Positions 59,244 to 64,000 of a stretch of DNA of 64,000 bases are shown here, in pieces. Origin of the DNA: a virus (Duplodnaviria; Caudoviricetes); the IMG/VR virus record IMGVR_UViG_3300030433_001899, positions 29,115 through 93,114 of that record; one strand, given 5' to 3'. Made by a program: the position numbers and the translations under genes. The first letter of the stretch is position 1, and every line of letters begins with the position of its first letter. The notes below the pieces were generated by a model. That model saw nothing but the letters and a program-made list of their open reading frames with translations. It was not told the origin of the DNA and searched no databases.

Positions 59244-59310
59244 TATAAATATGTGTGATTGCCTTCGGGGATCACACAACACAAACTCGCTTTCAAAGGA
59301 GCTAATAACC
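59244..59310 (+). promoter_or_regulatory. late promoter and structured 5' UTR of hsp20
   Basis: TATAAATA 59244-59251; hairpin GTGTGAT..CC-TTCG-GG.ATCACAC 59253-59277; CTCGCT...AGGAG SD-pairing hairpin 59286-59301. Confidence 0.75.
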
Positions 59311-59745
59311 ATGGGGAACTTAATGAAGTTTCATACGAAGGATCTGCCTGAGCTGATGGACCGTATAAATAGGTACAGTATCGGCATGGATGATTACTTT
59401 GACCGTCTTGGGACGCTGCACGAGACGCAAAGCAATTACCCACCATACAACCTAGTTCAACTAAGCAACGTAGAATACCGCTTAGAACTAGCACTTGCAG
59501 GTTTTAAAAAGGAAGAAATTAATGTCTACACACAAGACGGAAAACTTTTTGTCGAAGGACGAAAAGAAGAAACAGAAACTGGAGGAACATACGTCCATAG
59601 AGGAATGGCTCAAAGATCTTTCACTAGATCATGGACCCTCAGTGACGAGACGGAAGTTAGATCAGTTAGCTTTGAGGATGGGTTGCTAAATATCGAACTT
59701 GGCAAAGTTGTTCCAGAACATCATCAAAGGAAGGATTATCTATAA
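59311..59745 (+). CDS. hsp20: small heat-shock protein Hsp20 (IbpA-like)
   Basis: NYPPYNL, ELALAGF, YVHRG.AQRSFTR.W.L, FEDGLL.I.L; AAGGAG RBS before ATG 59311. Confidence 0.95.
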   Translation: MGNLMKFHTKDLPELMDRINRYSIGMDDYFDRLGTLHETQSNYPPYNLVQLSNVEYRLELALAGFKKEEINVYTQDGKLFVEGRKEETETGGTYVHRGMAQRSFTRSWTLSDETEVRSVSFEDGLLNIELGKVVPEHHQRKDYL

Positions 59746-59837
59746 ATCCTGACCAACTTCTGCTGCGGTTGATACAGAAGTGTATCATAGTGATACAGTA
59801 TAATATAGATAGTTATGTAAGATCAGGAGGACGACTT

Positions 59838-59921
59838 ATGAACTTTACAGCCGCCACTCTTCTCATTGGAACCACAATGACTCTTTTTAGCAGTTGGACC
59901 CTCGGCAGTGTACTACCCTAA
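59838..59921 (+). CDS. 27-aa hydrophobic peptide (not in ORF track)
   Basis: AGGAGG at 59825-59830, TATAAT at 59799; MNFTAATLLIGTTMTLFSSWTLGSVLP. Confidence 0.6.
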   Translation: MNFTAATLLIGTTMTLFSSWTLGSVLP

Positions 59922-59984
59922 TGGTCCACCCACAGCAGAAATATTTGTAACAACTCCATAAATAAAATTGAATATCGTCGCCGC

Positions 59985-60026
59985 AGGGGGCAACTGGCAA
60001 AATCCAGTTGCAACCCCTATTTTTTT
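59985..60026 (+). terminator. long hairpin/terminator
   Basis: AGGGG-GCAACTGG-caaaat-CCAGTTGC-aa-CCCCT followed by a T run. Confidence 0.8.
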
Positions 60027-60036
60027 GTGTTAAAAT
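60008..60036 (+). promoter_or_regulatory. sigma70-like promoter upstream of ndhD
   Basis: TTGCAA-17 nt-TAAAAT with extended -10 (TGt), embedded in the 3' arm of the terminator. Confidence 0.6.
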
Positions 60037-60059
60037 ATATGTGACTCTTTTCTTATAAT

Positions 60060-61595
60060 ATGCCCTGGTTGAGTCTAGCAATTTTATTTCCAATTGTATG
60101 TGCTCTTGGAATCCCTCTACTTCCAGAGGGAAACAAAGTTGTCCGATGGTATGGTCTCGGCGCATCTTTGATTACGTTTCTGATTACAGCAGTAGGATAC
60201 GTCAAGGGATATGATCCTGCTATTGAAGGTCTTCAAATGGCGGAACGGGTTTCGTGGGTTCCACAACTTGGACTCACCTGGTCCGTGGGTGCTGATGGAT
60301 TGTCAATGCCTCTCATTCTTCTGACTAGCTTCATTACAAGTCTGGCGGCACTTGCTGCTTGGCCAGTTACATTCAAACCGAAACTGTTCTATTTCCTGCT
60401 TCTGATTATGAACGGTGGGCAGATTATGGTTTTCGCAGTTCAGGATTTGATTCTTTTCTTCCTGTCTTGGGAACTGGAACTGGTTCCTGTGTATCTGATG
60501 ATTTCTATCTGGGGTGGAAAGAACCGCCAGTATGCTGCAACAAAGTTCATCATCTATACTGCAGGTAGTTCTTTGTTCATTCTCCTTGCAGGACTTGCAA
60601 TGGGTTTCTGGACTGGTCATGCCAACTTTGAATACACTTATTTGATGGAGCAGGGGTTCCCGAAGAACTTCCAACTCTGGTGTTATGTTGCATTCTTGAT
60701 TTCATTTGGAGTGAAACTACCCATTGTTCCCTTCCATACTTGGTTGCCTGATGCCCATGGAGAAGCAACAGCACCAGTTCATATGCTGCTTGCGGGTATT
60801 CTATTGAAGATGGGTGGATATGCTCTACTCAGGTTCAACTGTCAACTTCTCCCAGATGCACACGCAGTCTTTGCTCCAGTTCTCATCATACTTGGTGCTA
60901 TCAACATCATCTATGCAGCACTGACTTCATTTGCCCAAAGAAACCTGAAGCGAAAGATCGCTTACAGTTCTATCAGTCATATGGGTTTCGTTCTCATTGG
61001 TATTGGTAGTTACAGTGCTCTTGGAACAAGTGGTGCAATGCTACAGATGATTAGTCATGGTTTGATTGGTGCCTCTCTGTTCTTCCTGGTGGGAGCAACG
61101 TATGATCGAACTCATACCCTTCAACTTGATGAGATGGGTGGTGTTGGTCAGAATATGAAAGTGATGTTTGCTCTCTGGACCATGTGCTCCATGGCGTCCC
61201 TTGCACTTCCCGGAATGAGTGGTTTTGTAAGTGAACTGATGGTTTTTGCTGGTTTTGCAACCGATACTGTTTATTCACTTGCCTTCCGTATTACTCTGTG
61301 TGGTGTTGCTGCTGTTGGAGTTATTCTGACTCCCATCTATCTTCTTTCAATGCTTCGTGAGATCTTCTATGGTAAACCAAATGCTGAACTTGTTTCTCAC
61401 ACTAACCTTGTAGATGCAGAGCCCCGTGAGGTTTATATTGTAAGTGCTCTTTTGGTTCCTATCATCGCCATCGGACTGTATCCACGTATTATGTCTGATA
61501 CATATAAGAGTTCAATAGATGCTCTGGTTGCTCGTGACAGGGCAGCGTTGGTCAGACCACATATTGTCCACACCTTCACGCCACCAGGCGTTTGA
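60060..61595 (+). CDS. ndhD: NAD(P)H-quinone oxidoreductase (NDH-1) subunit 4, cyanobacterial type
   Basis: 511-aa polytopic membrane protein with DGLSMPL, FF.SWELEL.P.Y, KLP..PFHTWLPDAHGEATAPVHMLLAGILLKMGGYAL, KRKIAYSSISHMG, LALPGMSGFVSE. Confidence 0.95.
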   Translation: MPWLSLAILFPIVCALGIPLLPEGNKVVRWYGLGASLITFLITAVGYVKGYDPAIEGLQMAERVSWVPQLGLTWSVGADGLSMPLILLTSFITSLAALAAWPVTFKPKLFYFLLLIMNGGQIMVFAVQDLILFFLSWELELVPVYLMISIWGGKNRQYAATKFIIYTAGSSLFILLAGLAMGFWTGHANFEYTYLMEQGFPKNFQLWCYVAFLISFGVKLPIVPFHTWLPDAHGEATAPVHMLLAGILLKMGGYALLRFNCQLLPDAHAVFAPVLIILGAINIIYAALTSFAQRNLKRKIAYSSISHMGFVLIGIGSYSALGTSGAMLQMISHGLIGASLFFLVGATYDRTHTLQLDEMGGVGQNMKVMFALWTMCSMASLALPGMSGFVSELMVFAGFATDTVYSLAFRITLCGVAAVGVILTPIYLLSMLREIFYGKPNAELVSHTNLVDAEPREVYIVSALLVPIIAIGLYPRIMSDTYKSSIDALVARDRAALVRPHIVHTFTPPGV

Positions 61596-61626
61596 CGTGT
61601 TATACTACTAAAGATTATTACTCAAA

Positions 61627-61929
61627 ATGTCTATCAAACTGGTCATACTTGAAACTGGAGAACAACTTGTTGCCGATGTCAAGGAGTTGTTCAAAGGAGA
61701 TAGTATTCAAGGATACATCCTTCATAAACCTTTTGCTGTCTCAGCATCCAGACCTATGTTTATTGAAGAGGGTGAAGATGAAGATAAGACTAGTGTAGAA
61801 ATTACAATGTCTTCTTGGATTCTTCTCTCTAAGGATGAGGAAGTTTTGCTTCCACCAAGGTCTGTTCTAACCGTCGTCAATCCTGTTGATGATGTAGTCA
61901 AACTTTATGAGGAAAGAAAAAATGGATAA
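61627..61929 (+). CDS. conserved hypothetical protein (Sm-like N-terminus)
   Basis: MSIKL..L.TGE...ADV.E; usual gene pair upstream of cyanophage gp43. Confidence 0.75.
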   Translation: MSIKLVILETGEQLVADVKELFKGDSIQGYILHKPFAVSASRPMFIEEGEDEDKTSVEITMSSWILLSKDEEVLLPPRSVLTVVNPVDDVVKLYEERKNG

Positions 61930-62176
61930 AGTTATCAAGTGCTTGCTTCTAGATGTGGATAATGTTATCATATCTGAAGTAGAGGAAGTCGATGCTGCTA
62001 TCGGTGACCCCAACTGTAAACTGATCAAACCGTATCGCTTCTATGATGAAGATCGTATGGAACCCTGGCCAAATGCTACTGACCAGGAAGAACTGATGCT
62101 TCGGGCAGAAGACATTCTGACCATTGCAGATCCAAAACAATCAGTTATTGAAAAGTATCTAGAACTCACTGCATAA
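61922..62176 (+). CDS. conserved hypothetical protein
   Basis: ATG 61922; IGDPNCKLIKPY...PW...ILTIADP; coupled to gp43. Confidence 0.75.
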   Translation: MDKVIKCLLLDVDNVIISEVEEVDAAIGDPNCKLIKPYRFYDEDRMEPWPNATDQEELMLRAEDILTIADPKQSVIEKYLELTA

Positions 62177-64000
62177 TGCGCTTTTATACGAACGTTCAAA
62201 TGGTCGGGGACCACTTCCTTGTTCGCGGTTACGAAAATGGTCGTCATTTCGCAACCCGAGAGAAGTTTTACCCGACTCTTTTTGTGCCCTCTAAAAAGAA
62301 GACAAAATACAAAACTCTTGAGGGTGAATGTGTTGAACCTGTTGAACCTGGAACTGTTCGTGACTGTCGTGAGTTTATCAAGCGATATGATGGTGTAGAC
62401 AACTTCAAGATCTACGGAAACGACAGGTACATCTATCAGTATATTTCTGAGAAGTATCCTGAGGAAGAAATCAAGTTTGATACAACTCAGATCAAAATTT
62501 CTACTATTGATATTGAGGTTAAGTCAGAGAATGGATTCCCAGACGTTGAATCTGCCGCTGAGGAAGTTCTCCTCATCACCGTGCAGGACTACACTACCAA
62601 ACAGATCCGCACCTGGGGTCAAGGACCCTTCAATAACAAACAGCAGAACGTCATCTATAAAGGTTTCTCCACTGAGTATGAACTCCTGAATGACTTCATC
62701 AACTGGTGGATGATTGAGGATAATACTCCTGAGGTCATCACTGGTTGGAACAGTGAACTGTATGATATGCCGTATCTGGTACGCCGTATCGACAGGATCC
62801 TTGGTGAGAAACTGATGAAGCGTATGTCTCCCTGGGGACTTGTTACTGAAAAGGAAACGTATATCGCTGGTCGTAAACACATTTCTTATGATGTTGGTGG
62901 TGTTACCCAACTTGATTATCTAAATCTTTATAAGAAGTTTACGTACAAAGCACAAGAGTCTTATCGTCTGGACTACATTGCCAGCGTAGAACTTGGGCAG
63001 AAGAAACTGGATCACTCTGAGTTTGATACGTTCAAAGACTTCTATACTAACGGATGGCAGAAGTTTGTAGAATACAACATCATTGACGTGGAACTTGTTG
63101 ACCGTATGGAAGACAAGATGAAACTCATTGAACTTGCTATTGTTATGGCATATGATGCGAAAGCGAACTATGCTGATGTGTTCTCACAAGTTCGCATGTG
63201 GGATACTATCATCTACAACTATCTGAAGAAGAGGAATATTGTTATTCCTCCTATCGTTCGTTCGGACAAAGACTCTAAGTATGCAGGTGCATATGTCAAG
63301 GAACCGATTCCAGGAAAGTATGATTGGGTGGTCAGTTTTGATCTTAACAGTCTGTATCCTCACCTTATTATGCAGTACAATATCTCACCAGAGACCCTAC
63401 TGGAGGAACGCCACCCCTCGGCAACAGTTGATAGAATCCTTAATGAGGAGATAAACTTCGAACTGTATAGTGACAATGCTGTTTGTGCTAATGGTTCAAT
63501 GTATCGGAAGGATGTGCGTGGATTCCTTCCAGAGTTGATGGATAAGATCTACAAGGATCGAACCATCTACAAAAAGAAAATGTTGCAGGCTAAACAAGAT
63601 TATGAAAAGACTCCGACTAAAAAACTTGAAAAAGAAATTGCCAGATGTAACAACATTCAAATGGCACGGAAAATTCAACTTAACTCTGCTTATGGTGCTA
63701 TTGGTAATCAATACTTTCGCTACTATAAGCTTGCTAACGCCGAAGCAATCACCCTCTCTGGTCAAGTCTCCATCCGCTGGATTGAGAACCGAATGAACAA
63801 ATACCTGAATAAGGTATTGAAAACTGAGGATGTAGATTATGTTATTGCTTCTGATACCGATTCCATTTATCTTAATATGGGTCCTTTGGTTGAAAGTGTA
63901 TACAAGGGAAGAGAGAAAACTACTGAAGGCGTTGTCACGTTCCTTAATAAGGTGTGTGAGATGGAACTTGAAAAGTATATTGACCGTTGTTACCAAGAAC
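62176..64000 (+). CDS. gp43: family B DNA polymerase gp43 (3'-truncated by window end; absent from ORF track)
   Basis: ATG 62176 MRFYTNV; in-frame DIEV (ExoI), TGWN, SFDLNSLYP (~63334), KIQLNSAYG, SDTDS (~63850). Confidence 0.97.
   Translation, partial: MRFYTNVQMVGDHFLVRGYENGRHFATREKFYPTLFVPSKKKTKYKTLEGECVEPVEPGTVRDCREFIKRYDGVDNFKIYGNDRYIYQYISEKYPEEEIKFDTTQIKISTIDIEVKSENGFPDVESAAEEVLLITVQDYTTKQIRTWGQGPFNNKQQNVIYKGFSTEYELLNDFINWWMIEDNTPEVITGWNSELYDMPYLVRRIDRILGEKLMKRMSPWGLVTEKETYIAGRKHISYDVGGVTQLDYLNLYKKFTYKAQESYRLDYIASVELGQKKLDHSEFDTFKDFYTNGWQKFVEYNIIDVELVDRMEDKMKLIELAIVMAYDAKANYADVFSQVRMWDTIIYNYLKKRNIVIPPIVRSDKDSKYAGAYVKEPIPGKYDWVVSFDLNSLYPHLIMQYNISPETLLEERHPSATVDRILNEEINFELYSDNAVCANGSMYRKDVRGFLPELMDKIYKDRTIYKKKMLQAKQDYEKTPTKKLEKEIARCNNIQMARKIQLNSAYGAIGNQYFRYYKLANAEAITLSGQVSIRWIENRMNKYLNKVLKTEDVDYVIASDTDSIYLNMGPLVESVYKGREKTTEGVVTFLNKVCEMELEKYIDRCYQE

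Noticed and set aside
59251-59310. N-terminal extension of Hsp20 from ATG 59251
   Set aside because: That ATG overlaps the late promoter; the SD supports ATG 59311 and the interval is a structured UTR.
59782-59796. Canonical NtcA box
   Set aside because: Spacing is GTA-N9-TAC rather than N8; kept only as an unassigned palindrome/degenerate site.
3557-64000. Numerous minus-strand and alternate-frame ORFs of 60-230 aa in the ORF track (e.g. 17181-17729, 41008-41574, 50821-51465, 55973-56677)
   Set aside because: They lie wholly within well-supported + strand genes, lack RBS or motifs, and are the expected shadows of codon bias.
33360-64000. Introns, inteins or homing endonucleases in gp17, gp20, gp23, uvsW, gp46 or gp43
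   Set aside because: Lengths are normal and motifs are contiguous and in frame; no HNH/GIY-YIG/LAGLIDADG ORF recognised.
1-64000. tRNA/rRNA genes, CRISPR arrays, IS elements, stop-codon reassignment
   Set aside because: Intergenic gaps are short and explained by promoters and terminators; core genes are intact in the standard code. A tRNAscan/Infernal run would be the formal check.

Overview
64 kb from the core genome of a T4-like marine cyanophage (myovirus). Essentially all real genes are on the + strand. The order is: baseplate (gp25, gp6, giant gp7, gp8, a DUF4815/VrlC-like structural protein), tail-fibre-like genes, neck/tail completion (gp13-15), terminase (gp16, gp17), sheath, tube, portal, prohead protease, scaffold and capsid (gp18-23), gp3, uvsY, uvsW, gp55, gp47/46, a metallopeptidase-vWA plus 'CobS' AAA+ pair, gp45/44/62, dam, regA, hsp20, and the 5' part of gp43 DNA polymerase. 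Many T4-type late promoters (TATAAATA/nATAAATA) and intrinsic terminators punctuate it. Most notable: (1) a full-length host-type ndhD (NDH-1 subunit 4) inserted between hsp20 and gp43, with its own promoter and preceded by a 27-aa peptide gene and a candidate ~55-nt late sRNA; (2) a ~830-aa cassette polyprotein between gp16 and gp17, made of cationic, mostly two-Cys mini-domains separated by gp21-type (I/L/V/M)-x-E sites, with a -1 frame break at its 3' end and followed by a gene with a T4-like capsid-targeting leader; (3) an unannotated 58-aa NblA-like ORF; (4) a ROSE-like thermometer on hsp20; (5) a cupredoxin-type Cu motif in a tail-fibre protein; (6) a repeated operator/terminator/-10 unit before the peptidase-vWA and AAA+ genes. 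No tRNA, rRNA, CRISPR array, intron or IS element was seen. Family assignments come from motif recognition and synteny, not database searches.
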